Assembly (NCBI RefSeq): GCF_001194135.2
Contig: NC_068994.1
Location: 48,334,233-48,398,232 of the forward strand
Direction: 5' to 3'
Source of the DNA: Octopus bimaculoides
Taxonomy: Eukaryota
DNA: 64,000 bases
The first letter of the stretch is position 1; every line of letters begins with the position of its first letter. Both the position numbers and the translations under genes were made by a program. Below, in pieces: positions 1 to 13,180 of the stretch. A model generated the notes under the pieces. The model did not search any database, was not told the DNA's origin, and worked only from the letters and a program-made list of their open reading frames with translations.

Positions 1-72
1 TTAAAGCAATTTTACATTTAAACTGCTTAATTTCCATTGAATAGATACAGATGTATAGAATATTATTTTTAT

Positions 73-290
73 TAAGGCAGTGAGCTGGCAGAATTGTTAG
101 TGTGTCAGACAAATGCTTAGTAGCATTTCTTCTGGCTGTTTATGTTCTTAGTTCAAATCCTGCCGAGGTCAACTTTGCCTTTTATCCTTTCAAGGTTGAT
201 AAAGTACCAGTTAAGTACTGGGGTTAATGTAATCGACTAATCCCCTTCCCTCTAAAATTGCTGGCCTTGTGCCCAAATCAAAAAGAATTA
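73..290 (+). mobile_element. Abundant SINE family (GAGCTGGCAGAATCGTTAG head, GAGTTCAAAT B box, TGGCCTTGTGCC tail)
   Basis: Shares head, B box, central GGTCAACTTTGCCTTTCATCC and tail with many other copies in the window. Confidence 0.75.
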
Positions 291-862
291 TTATTGTTAT
301 AATTTACGACTGCTATATAGTAAAATGCCATACAGAAAGTTTCGAGTTTCAGTTTCACATCTTAGTTGAAGCGATTCACCACTTAAGCTGCTACTGCTCT
401 TTGAGATTTGCATGGGTGTCACAGAGTCTCTCATTTCATTTCACTTAGAAGTTATTGAGGCCTTCTGCTTAATTAAGAAATCATTGTTAGAAGTTATATT
501 GTGAAATTAATAATTATGAGTTAAGTATTAAGTCTTTGTCAGTTGTTTTCAGACCAATAACATTAAATGAAGATAGTCTGAATCCATTGAGAGCCTTCTG
601 CAAATATTGTCTGTATCCTTCTGTTGATGAAGAACAGTTATTACACTAAGGAAGGATCATGGGTTGGCAGTCAGTTGCTGCTTTGCTTAGTGTTAAAATC
701 CCTCCAAGGTTATCTTTAAGCATTATTTCTCTGGAGTTGTGATATTTGTATCAGAAATATGCAGGCTTACCTTCAATTCTAGAACTCTCATAGAACACAT
801 TGGTGATATATACACACATACATTATGTATGTAATACATATGTATAGAATATATGTATATAT

Positions 863-935
<73 letters not shown>

Positions 936-3900
936 GTGTTTATATATAAATACATGTGTATGTATGTATACTGTATACTCATATGTATATATGTATGTTT
1001 GTATATATATATATAAATTNNNNNNNNNNNNNNNNNNNNNNNNNNNNNNNNNNNNNNNNNNNNNNNNNNNNNNNNNNNNNNNNNNNNNNNNNNNNNNNNN
1101 NNNNNNNNNNNNNNNNNNNNNNNNNNNNNNNNNNNNNNNNNNNNNNNNNNNNNNNNNNNNNNNNNNNNNNNNNNNNNNNNNNNNNNNNNNNNNNNNNNNN
1201 NNNNNNNNNNNNNNNNNNNNNNNNNNNNNNNNNNNNNNNNNNNNNNNNNNNNNNNNNNNNNNNNNNNNNNNNNNNNNNNNNNNNNNNNNNNNNNNNNNNN
1301 NNNNNNNNNNNNNNNNNNNNNNNNNNNNNNNNNNNNNNNNNNNNNNNNNNNNNNNNNNNNNNNNNNNNNNNNNNNNNNNNNNNNNNNNNNNNNNNNNNNN
1401 NNNNNNNNNNNNNNNNNNNNNNNNNNNNNNNNNNNNNNNNNNNNNNNNNNNNNNNNNNNNNNNTTTTGTGGGCATTCACAGTTCTTTCAATATTTATGTT
1501 TATAATTTTTTTTTTGTGTCAAATAATAATTTAAAACATTTGTTTTGTTTATATAAGGCATAAACAAACCAAGACAATATATAGTTATGAAAATTTTGAG
1601 TTATTCTTCAGAAAAAGAAAACCTAAGTAAATTATGTTTGTGCTCCAGTACTTAGGGTACAAGCACATTCATATTTTTAAGGATAAACACTAAATCAACA
1701 AATCCTGGGCAGCCTCATTCTTTAATTGAAATAAATGATTAAAAACTTTATCAAAATGAAAAGAGTAAATTCAGTGATATTTTTTAGGAAAACTTTTACA
1801 CATACACACACATCTCTCTTCAATATATATATATATATATATATATAATGTATTATTTTGTTATTGGTAGGATCAGCAAAAAATGTTTGATCCAGTGGGA
1901 GATAAATATCATTTAAATTACATAGGATTTAAATTTGAGCTACTATTAGTTTCATGCTGTGAAAAGGCATGTTGGTTGGGCAAGCTTGTATAGCATGCTG
2001 TGTGCTTCCAAGCAATCTTTCAGACTTAAATATACAACATGGCTGTTGCATACGTTGAGTCTGAATGAATGCTTGGAAACACATGGCATGCTATACAAAC
2101 CTGTCTAACCATTGTGTTTTCTTAGCAGAATAGTAGCTCATTTAAATCTTGTGTTTATTAAATGAGATGTGTGTGTGTACACACCCATATATATAGATGC
2201 ATGTATTTAAGATATGGAATTTCATTTAAAACTCATTTCTTGCTTCTTTCTCCCTTCTAACAACCTGTGTTATTTCTCACACTCTTAATTGCTACATTTG
2301 CTCTCTCTTTCTCTCTCTCTCTCTCTCTCATATGTACTACACACATAGACAGCAAATTTAAAATATTAGTCAAACATTAAGCTAATAATTTTGCTAACGA
2401 AAGAAATGAGAGATATGTTCTCAGAATTTCCTGTTTGAGTTTGGTGTCGTTTTTATTTTGTCTCTGTTTACCCTCTTTCTTTTCTATAAAGTTAAGAAGT
2501 GCCCCTTTATATTAGAATATATATTATCAAGAATTAATTGCCTGCTTTTTTTTTAAAAATTTTATTTTTTAAAAATATATCTTAATTTGAATTAAATATG
2601 ATATTAAATATGATATTAAATAAGGTTTCAGACTACCTGTTTATAGGTGGAGCATGTTCAAAATCTGCAAATTTTCTCTTAGTGTCTTTATTGGCGGTTG
2701 GTTTGGCATGTAATTTGACTTTGCCCCTCAGTTCATCTACTTGTCGTTTGGGGGGAGGGAAGGAGGGAATAGGTAATGTGCTTTTATTGGGAGGAAAAAC
2801 TTAGCTGTGATACACTTGCACCCTATCCCAAGTGGTGGCGGCGGCAATGGGTGAGAGAATTTTTTTCTTCTTTCGTTTGCCTAAAAATCATAAAAATCAG
2901 GGCTAATTAATTGCCCAGCAGCCATTAATAAACTGGTTTTGGACACAATATCAATACAGGTCACTACTAGTATCATCCTAACTTGCGGGTGGAAGGGGAC
3001 AGGGGCCATGATTAATGCCAAGGTAACCAGAGCTAAACACACTCATCTCAGAAACACAATCATTTTTGTGATTTTAAAAAGGATTAAGTTCTTCTTTTAA
3101 TTAAAATTATTTTTTTTANNNNNNNNNNNNNNNNNNNNNNNNNNNNNNNNNNNNNNNNNNNNNNNNNNNNNNNNNNNNNNNNNNNNNNNNNNNNNNNNNN
3201 NNNNNNNNNNNNNNNNNNNNNNNNNNNNNNNNNNNNNNNNNNNNNNNNNNNNNNNNNNNNNNNNNNNNNNNNNNNNNNNNNNNNNNNNNNNNNNNNNNNN
3301 NNNNNNNNNNNNNNNNNNNNNNNNNNNNNNNNNNNNNNNNNNNNNNNNNNNNNNNNNNNNNNNNNNNNNNNNNNNNNNNNNNNNNNNNNNNNNNNNNNNN
3401 NNNNNNNNNNNNNNNNNNNNNNNNNNNNNNNNNNNNNNNNNNNNNNNNNNNNNNNNNNNNNNNNNNNNNNNNNNNNNNNNNNNNNNNNNNNNNNNNNNNN
3501 NNNNNNNNNNNNNNNNNNNNNNNNNNNNNNNNNNNNNNNNNNNNNNNNNNNNNNNNNNNNNNNNNNNNNNNNNNNNNNNNNNNNNNNNNNNNNNNNNNNN
3601 NNNNNNNNNNNNNNNNNNNNNNNNNNNNNNNNNNNNNNNNNNNNNNNNNNNNNNNNNNNNNNNNNNNNNNNNNNNNNNNNNNNNNNNNNNNNNNNNNNNN
3701 NNNNNNNNNNNNNNNNNNNNNNNNNNNNNNNNNNNNNNNNNNNNNNNNNNNNNNNNNNNNNNNNNNNNNNNNNNNNNNNNNNNNNNNNNNNNNNNNNNNN
3801 NNNNNNNNNNNNNNNNNNNNATTATGTTTGACATTTTCTGTACTGGACTGAAATACACAGTTGAAATATTGTGTATTGCAGACCTATCCAACCCATGCCA

Positions 3901-6900
3901 GCATGGCTGGAGTGTAGAAAATAGGTTGCAAACTCATGGTATTTTTCAGTTGTAATTTCATTCTCCGTCTTCTTTTTTTTTTTCTTTGTTTTGTTTTTTT
4001 GTCCTGTCTTGTCTCATTTTTTCTTTCTCTCTTACACTGCTTAGTCTCATGTCTCTAACTGGCCTTTCTCTCTACTCACTTAAACTTCCTTGTTTCTCTC
4101 TCTCTCTCTCTTTCTCTCAAGTGGATAATGTACTGTACTACCAGCCAGTTAGTCTTGTCTTTCATAACTAATACAGGTGAGTACATTTCATTGTACATAT
4201 TGTATGTGTCTGGTCTTCTGTGTCTCTCTGGGGTAAAACACTCCAAAACTTAAGTTCTTATTTCATTATTTAATGTTTTCCCTCTTGCTGTTTTTGTTGT
4301 ATGATTTTTAAAAAAAATGTCTTATTCATTCAGTTTGTTGACTGCTCAAATTTGTGGCCCAACAAAAATTATTATAATCATTATTATTACTTGTGTTAGC
4401 ATCACCACAAACCTGTTTTTGCCATTTTTTGGGCAATGCCTATTAAATGTCATTCATGTCTTTTTATTTTATTTTCTCTGACAGTTCTTATAATTGAGTA
4501 GAAACAAGTTATTTCTTTATAATATGAAGACATTGGAAGAGTTGTCAACATGTTAAATATCAATTTTTAAGTATCATTTGCATATCAACAAAATTACTTT
4601 TGTGATAATTTCTTCAGGCTATTAACTTCATTTTTAATAGTCTAAAGAGTCCTTATCTTCTTAAAAACTGTTAAAATTACTGCTGTGGTATTTTCAATTT
4701 TTAGTTTCAACCAAGCTATCATTTGACTACTTTTGCAAAGAAATTTAAATGTTAGAGAATTTCTTTTATCTGATGATTATAAGTTTATGCACAATGCTAA
4801 GAAGATAAAAAATATCTGAACTGATATTGCTACTAAGACTGTGTTGCTAATGACAAAGATTTTTCAATGTGGCAGGTAATATTTTTTCTTCAGAGAAGCT
4901 TTCTAGTTTGTTGACTTGACGTCTAGTGTATTACTGGTACTTTATTGACCTCAAAAGGGATATAGCTCCTGAGTGATGGAAAATATGTAGCAATGATTTT
5001 ATTATTATATAGCTACATCTTGATAAGTTTTCTTAATTTCTTACATTGAAACTAAGACTCATTTGCTGCTAAATTTATATAACAATATTTATGGTTTTCC
5101 CTATGATTAAACGTTTTAGTAATATTTTCTTAACATCAGACATATATTCTTTAAAGGTTGTCAATCCTCTCTTAATTACACGTTGTCATTTGTACCAATA
5201 CCAACAGGCTGAAATTTAATGTCTGGCAACTTACATTTATTGTAAAACATCTTTATTGACTGCTGTTACTGTTGGTTGCCATAAAAGATAAGATTGTGTT
5301 ATGGCATTTTAATGCACAAATGAACATAGCATGATATTTTGCTTTTTTATATAGGCAATCCCTGGGTTACAAATGAATTCCATTCTTGCCTCCATTAATC
5401 AAATGCTTGTCTTGGTATGTAATATTTTACCATAACATCTTAGGCATAATAATTCAGTAATAATAATAATAATAGTAGTATCATAATAAATAAATGTAAC
5501 TATGGTATTTGTAATTGAGAGATTTTAGCTATAGAAACTAAAGAACTTAGCTTAAACAGTTTATATAGGGTGGGAAAAAGCTTGTAGCTTTCAGAGCCTT
5601 CCATGTGCTTTGTTATTCTAACTTAGTCCTTTAGAATTATCCCAATCATTGACCAACTATAGCTTCATGCTTTTCTAATGTTTCTTGGTTTTTCACCTCT
5701 CTCAAATCACTTTACTCTTCTCACTTTTATTTCTTTAATGATTGTTTGAGTTTTCCATGATGCATCATCATTGCTTGCAGTATTTACGTGATCTGGTAGC
5801 ACTGGCATAACAATGTCTTTCCTTAACTTTAGGGATTGTTGAGAATGCTCAGTGTTTTGATAAATTTTCAAAAATAGTCCACTTGTTTTTGTTATTACCA
5901 GCCATTGTATGTAACTTGAATTTTTAATATAGCAGGTATTAAAAATGTCAGATCATAATTGTTCATAATCCAGAGACTGCCTGTATATATGTGTGTCTTA
6001 TTGCAAAGTTTATATACTTTTTGAGGGGGATTGACTTAATGTTTAAAATTTTGAGTGGCTGTGATAAGTTTGCATTCGATACTTTTGTCATAGTTAGGCA
6101 TTAGACCATAGGCAAGACTCTTTCTACTTGTTTCAGTCATTCTGCTTGACTGAAACACTAGTTAATTAAAAAATTGTAAAACAGAAAATCCAAACATTCC
6201 TGCTTCAACCCAGTTCACTCACATTCCATTTGTGAAACCCGTGAAAATTCTCAAAAACATTTAGAGCTTTTGTATCCCTTTGTCATGGTTTACCTCAGGT
6301 AAACTTGTTCAATCTTTCGCTGGCCTAATTGTGCCATGGAATCCTTTGAAAGTTTTTTTTTTTAACCATCGTAGGTGTTGCAGGGAGATTTGAGCTTCTT
6401 GGCAGTCCTTTTCAAGATCTCTTGGGAAGGATGTATTGGAGTGAGTCTTATACGGTTTACTCCAACTCCAATTGAAATACTTCAGCTTGACTCAGTACTG
6501 CAAGTTAGTAAGATGTGAAGAAGTTGTTTAGTATATAGTGCTCCTGCTGTTTGCAGTTATTGGCTGCCTTCACTGATAGTATCTATTGCAACTAGGTGGC
6601 AAGCAGTCATATAACTGTAGGAACACTACTGAATACTTTATTTCCATGTTATTTATCTCAAGCCAACTCAGCCTAGTGGCTTGTATGTATATTCATGTAC
6701 ACAGAAGGAAGAGACCTTGGTGCTGTTCAGTAATAAAATATTAATTGCACTTAAGCAGTAAGTTTGCTTTTATGTGATGGTGCCTAGTTTCAAGTAGGCA
6801 ATCTGGTTCATTGACTTACGTACCTTGGACACACACATTGCAGTGCTGGTAATTAATCACAATACATATCTTTATCCTTACTTTAATCTTTACTGATGTA

Positions 6901-7079
6901 CTTATTAACTTGGCCATCTGTAAACCTTAACATGAAAGGCCATTTTATTGAGTAGAAATGGTTCCTTTGTGTGTGACCCCTAACTTTTAATGGTTCCTAG
7001 AGAACAGTGGTTTTTGGGTTTTTCTATGATTGACTATGGAAATATTTTGTATATTGTTGGAGTAGAATGCAATGGATTG

Positions 7080-10000
7080 AAGAATCATTAGAGCATTGGA
7101 AAAATACCTTGCAGTATTTACTCTGGCTCTTTAGTTTCTGAGTTCAACTCCTGCTGAGGTTAACTTAGCCTTTCATCCTTCCAGGGTTATTAAAATAAAG
7201 TATCTATCAAGTAATGGGGTTAATGTATCAACCCCTCCTCTCAAAAGTATTGGTCTTGTGCCTAAACTAGAAACTATTAGTAGAGCAGTTGGCAGAGGCA
7301 GGAGCATTCTGTACAAAATGCCTTGTGGTTTGTAATGTCCTTTGATGTTAAGATCAAATCTTTTCAGGGTTGTTTGCTTTTCATCCTTTGATTTTGATAA
7401 ACTAAGTACCAGTCAAGTACTGGGCTTGAAGTCATCATCATTGTTATGGTCTAATACTATGACATTCACTGAATGATATCATACATCTGGGAAGAATCAA
7501 CAGGGTACTTGTTTATTGATGGGCTTTTTGACATTATTACTGCTACTGGTGGTGGTGTGTATCCCTCTCACCAGTAGAATTGTGGGTGTATTGAACCCAG
7601 CACTGCAAGCATAACGAAACATTTGTCAATAAATTATTGTTCCCGTGCCTTCCCAGAGTACTGACCTAGAGATAGGTCTACTGAATTAGTGAAAGTTAAG
7701 TGTGTTTGCCATATAAACTGTACAGCACCAGTGATGGGATACAAACTGGTCAACACTTAGCTCAAGCAACTTTGCCAGCTGCAACTGTCTTTATGTGTTT
7801 ATATATTCACTGTGTGTATATATGTGTGTGTATGCAAAAGACATATCAGTTATTTTGAATCACTTTTTATTAGCTTGTATTTTCTTTTAAAGAATTATTT
7901 GGGCAGTCAGTTGGTAGAAGTAGTAATGAACGAAACACATTGCAGTATTTAGTTGTGTACTTTGATATTTTGAGTTCAAATTCTGCTGAAATTGAATTTG
8001 ACTCACATTTTTATGGGATCAATCAAAGAAGTAACACTTGAGTACTGGGTTAGGGTACTCTTACTCTATGTGTTTGAGTGATTAGATCTCCTTAGTATTA
8101 CTTGGGCAGTGAGTTGGCTGAATCGACATCTTAGTAGAAAAAAAGAAAGGTGTTTAATGGTATTCACTGTTGTCTTCCTTGAGTTTAGAATTCAAATTGA
8201 GTTGGGATTGATTTTGTCTTTCATCTCTGAAATCCATAAACTAGTTTTAGTTATACCTCTTTGCTACAAATTCATGACTTCACGACTGAGAAAATCTTAT
8301 TACAGAAGGCGGTGGATTGGCAGGGGTTGATATATTCGACTCTTAACTCCCAATTTCAAGCCTCTTATGTTAGAAACAGTTATGATACTATTGTGTGGTG
8401 CTAAGATTTTGTCTAATCGATGGATTAACTGAATGACTACTCATAATTCTGGGAGGAACCATTGGGACACTGTTAACGTACCTTTGATAATTCTACTGTC
8501 ATTAGCACTAGCTTTGTTCTTCTCTTTGGTAGAAGCACAGGTGTAGTATTGAACTTAGTACTAAAATGTAAAGGAAACATTTAGTTAATAACATGTAATT
8601 CCTGTTTCCTGGAGTACTTATCCAAAGGTAGGTGTTTTGTCATGTAATCAATACAGCACCAGTCATAAGATACAGACTGTTGACTTGGCAACCGTTTGCC
8701 CAAATCACTTGGCCAGCTCTGAGCTCAAATGCTGCCAAGGTTGACTTTGCCCGTCTTCCTTTTGGTGTTGGTAAAATAAGCACCAGTTGAGCATTGGTGG
8801 GCATTGATATACTTGACTTATTCCACTCCCCCAAAATTTCTGGCCTTGTGCCTATAGTAGAAAGAATTATTATGGTAGATAAGCAGGATCATTAGAGTGT
8901 TGGAGAAAATGCTTGAGGTATTTGTTCTTAGTCTTTATATTCTAGTATCAAACCGCACCAAGGTCCTTTTCAGAGTCAGTAAAATGAAGCACCAGTCAAG
9001 AACAAGAGTAAATGATGTCAACTAAAATTTACTAGTCTTGTACCTATATTAAGAAACAACTACTAATTTTATTACTGAAGGAAAATTTTTTAGATTTATT
9101 GATAAAGTAGCTTGCAGTATTTAGCTTAATCCCATTATATTCAGAGATCATAAATTCTGCCAAGGTCAACTTTGCCTTTCTTTCACCCTTCCCTGGGTTA
9201 ATAAAATAAAGTATCTGTTAAGTATTGACGTTGCTTAATAAATACTTTCCCTTTTCATATTGTATCTTCTTGACTGTCAGAAATCATTTCTTTAAAAATA
9301 TTTTTACCTCTCCATATGTTATTTTTTTCAAGGACATTTAGCAGTGTCAAAAAATCCGGTGTCTTTTTTTAATTTAAAAAAAAAACTTTTTTAAAATATA
9401 GGGCATTATGATAATTGAAAAGCATATTTATTATTATTAATATTAAGGTGATGAGCTGGCAGAATCGATAGAACATGGGACAAAAGGCCTTGCAGCATTT
9501 GTTTTTGAACCTTTACATTCTGAGTTCAAAACCTATCAAAGTCAACTTTGCCTTTCATCCTTGCAGGGTCAATAAAAATAAAGTACCAGTGATGTACTGG
9601 GGTTGATGGTATTAGCTAATACCTCTCTTCTCCAAATTACTGGCTTTTTCCCTAAATTAGAAAGAAATTATTGTTCCTGCAAAGGATTGGTAGAATCATT
9701 AGAACAGCAGAAGGTGGTGGACTGGCAGAATTGTTAGTGTTGGGGAAAATGCTTTGGTTATTCACTTTCTGAGTTCAAATCCTGCTGACATCAATTTTTC
9801 CTTTTAATCGTTCAGGAGGTGCTGGGAATCAATAAAATGAAGCACCGGTCATGTCCTGAGTATGACTCAATAGACTAACCCCTGTCCACCAAATTTTCTG
9901 GCCATATGCGTCTTAAGAATTATTATTGAATTTGCTTCAGCAGTAAATATACTAAGGTTATTTTTTTATTAATAAGACACAGTCCATTGGTAGAAGCCAT

Positions 10001-11560
10001 ACTGGACTAAAATACATAGAGGTATACAGTTAGGAATCTCATCAAGGTTAATTTTTTTGCCTTTCATCCTTCAGTTGATGAAATATGTACCAAGTGCTGG
10101 TGTATTGGAGCATCACTTCCTTGTCACCTTTACAAATTTGTTGCCTTGTGCAAATGTAAGAAATAATTGTTTTTGTTATTTTTACTTTTTTTTTTTTTTT
10201 CTTTAATTGATTTTCTGCTCATCTCATCCCTCAACTTCCACTGCCTTGTAAGGTTCAGTCTGTTCCCAAGTGGTCTTAATTATGCCATGGTAAGATATAA
10301 GTTGTAAATCAACCTGAACTGTACAAGTTAATATAACAAAACATTCAATAAATGTTATTGAAATAACTACAACAATCTTGTTTTTGTTTTCTTTATCTCT
10401 CTCTCTCTCTCTTCTCTCTTCTTATAGCTTAAGCTCTTGGTCTTATGACTGATATCCTGGATTAAGAAGTGTACAAAGGTCTATGAAAGACATCTTTTTA
10501 CTTTATTCTGAGGTCATTTGCTGCTCAATGGTAATTACCTCAGATGCACTGCACAACGAATCAAGCTGTCAATTGTTTTTTTTATCCAAAATTTAGTCCA
10601 ATGTTTTGATTCACTAAAACTTATTGAACATTTCTTAACATAAAGCTCTGCTCAGAAACCACTGAACCTGTCTGGTGTGATAAAAAAAAAATCCTAGAAA
10701 ATATTCCTGTTTCTTGTTGCTGGCACCTGATTGAGTCCATGTCACAAAGTCATTGAGAGAAAAAGAGAAAAAGCTGGCTATTGACCAGTGAATACATGTT
10801 GTTCAATAAGAACCCATTGATTGTGTTAACAATTAGTATTCTAATTTTTGGTTCTTAATATATAATGCTGAGTGTAAGGTAGAAGTGTTTGTATGCTGGG
10901 CAAAATGCTTAGTAGCGTTTAATCTGTCTTTATCTTCTGAATTTAAATTCTGCTGAAGTTCATTTTGCCTTTCATCCTTTTGGAATTGATAAAATAAAGT
11001 ACCAGTTGAACATGAACACTGGGGTCAATGGAAGTGACTTACTGCCTCCCCCCAAATTGCTGGCTTTGTGCCAAAATTTGAAACCATTATATAATGTGAA
11101 TTCAATGTGCAGATTAAAAATTGATGCACATTATTTAAGATTTTTCAGCATCTAATAGTTCTTTTTTGGATACTATTTGATGAAAAATAAAAATAATACA
11201 GAATTACTTCATCCTTTCACTTATCAAAGCATAAAATTATGGAAACAAAAAATCTGCTCAATATTTTAAAAAATTATAGCAACTGCTGTATAGTAGAAAG
11301 AAAGAGAGATATTTGATTTATTTCAGCTGTGTCATCAATGAATAGAAAACAATGAAAATAGTGATTCCAAAGAAGACTGAATTTTTATTTCAAAAACAAT
11401 GATCCTTTCTATAGGCACAAAGCCAGAAATTTTTGGTGGAAGGAGGCAAGTTGATTACATCAACCCAGAGCTCAACTGGTACTTATTTTATCTATCTCAC
11501 AAGAATAAAATATCAACCACAGCTGCATTTGAACTCAGAACATAAAGAGCATGGAAGACG
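7080..11560. mobile_element. Dense cluster of at least ten degenerate copies of the same abundant SINE
   Basis: Recurrent ttcaaat...ggtcaactttgcctttcatcc...aagtaccag...ctggggt motifs at about 7.1, 7.3, 7.9, 8.1, 8.7, 8.9, 9.1, 9.45, 9.7 and 10.9 kb (+) and 11.4 kb (-). Confidence 0.7.
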
Positions 11561-12633
11561 GATGTTAAATGACGATGATGATGATATCAGTGTATGTGTG
11601 TTTAAAATTGGGACAACAGGGCTATCCAGCTTATAACTGAGACTGTCTAGACATCTATATACTTCATTAGTTGGTCATTTATTTCAGTTGCGTTTCTTGA
11701 GCTGTTTTTTCTTTGCTTCCCCGCTGATTTCTAATACTAGTGACAGAATACTGTCTGTTAGTTTGAAAGACAGGGCACGTCTTAAGAATATCACTGAAAT
11801 TTTTCCTGCCATGTGAATGAGATTCCATATGTCTGGCACTCCAACGTCAGTATTTGAAGATGTCTTTGCTACAGTCTAAAAGAATATCTAAAGTTTTTGT
11901 TTTAAAATAAAAAAAATAAAAGGATGAAATCTCACACGCCAGATTTGCTGACAAATATGGCATACAGCTTTTATTAAATTAAAAAAATATCGAGTAATCT
12001 TATTACAAATATAAATTTAAAAAACTTTAAAATTCATTAAACATTGAATAGATCGAAAACTCTGGGCTTTTTTCGTAGTTTGTTGTAAAAATAATTTATC
12101 GGAAATAATAAACTTTTAGTATAGTAACTTTAGATACTGCAAACTGAATTAACTTGTATTTTAAGACGTCTTTAGGGTTTATGCCCCAGCCCCACACATA
12201 GGAACCGGCATAAAATGCAGCACTTGAAGATCTTGATATGGTTCAAACAGAATTGTTAGCTGTTTAGAATCGGAATAATACTGTTCTTTCCAGACTGTGA
12301 AAATGAAGAAAAAAAAAAAAGCAACAACAAAAACTATAGTATGTCACACAACCGGTTTGTTGTGTACTTTCGAATCAGACCAGATCGACAGACTTATATT
12401 CAAAAGTATTCCAGCCATGACCAGCTTATCTGTTTGTTCAGACATACAGAATCTCGGACAATGTTATCAATGTATAATTTTTTCAAGATGACATTAGGTT
12501 GGGGGTTGAGAAAGATTTGGCTACTATTTCTAGTAGGTCGACTCTGACAACTGAGTTAGTTTGCTAAGGGGAGAACACTCTAGCTTTGTTTGTGTTTGTT
12601 TTCGTTTCCCATCCTTTTATCACAGTCACTACA

Positions 12634-12641
12634 TGACGTAA
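12634..12641 (+). promoter_or_regulatory. CRE/ATF-like site in the putative LAPTM4 promoter
   Basis: TGACGTAA about 440 bp upstream of the ATG, in a region noticeably richer in CpG than the preceding 12 kb. Motif match only. Confidence 0.3.
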
Positions 12642-13075
12642 TCATCTGTCTCGTTACATGTCGGAGAGAAAAAACAAACGCGATAACAAAATAGTGCCAA
12701 CTATTTTATCAATTTTATATTGTTAATTCGAGTCAATTATCATGCAAAAATTTACCTTGTTGTTTTCTTTCTCATGAACAGGTAGTATGTTGAATTGTTA
12801 AATAGTCTGCTTGCAAGAAGACGTTTCAAAAATAAACAAGCTTCGTATGTGTGTATATATCTATATAGTTCCTGTTTTGGCTTAGTAAAAGTACGCCATT
12901 ATACAACTTGGACTAGCTGTAACGTCTCTTCCTTCATATACGAACAGCAAAAACCCTTTTTTTTTATTGTCGCTTTGGCAAATAATTCTTCGAGTTCTCC
13001 TCTTTTCACTCGTCTCCATCCAATTTATTTGGAGAATACGTCTATAAAAATCTTGGCGGCTACTTGTTATTTGCT

Positions 13076-13180
13076 ATGAAAATGCGACTGAAATTCGACA
13101 ACGAAGAACCGAATGCTTACCGCTGTTGTTTTTGCTGTCACGTAAGAACTGGGACCATAATATTGGGACTATGGCATTTG
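13076..13180 (+). CDS. LAPTM4: LAPTM4-family lysosomal-associated transmembrane protein, coding exon 1
   Basis: Translates [35 protein letters not shown], containing the LAPTM4 signature [13 protein letters not shown]. Ends at a canonical TTG|gtaagt donor, phase 0. Confidence 0.95.

Noticed and set aside
723-1563. Long ORFs in the track that span N runs or dinucleotide repeats (also at 17.6-18.9, 19.7-20.7, 34.3-35.0, 41.6-42.3, 44, 47.6-48.4, 55-58.8 kb)
   Set aside because: They are artefacts of X-filled gaps and (TA)n/(CA)n/(GA)n microsatellites and carry no protein signal.
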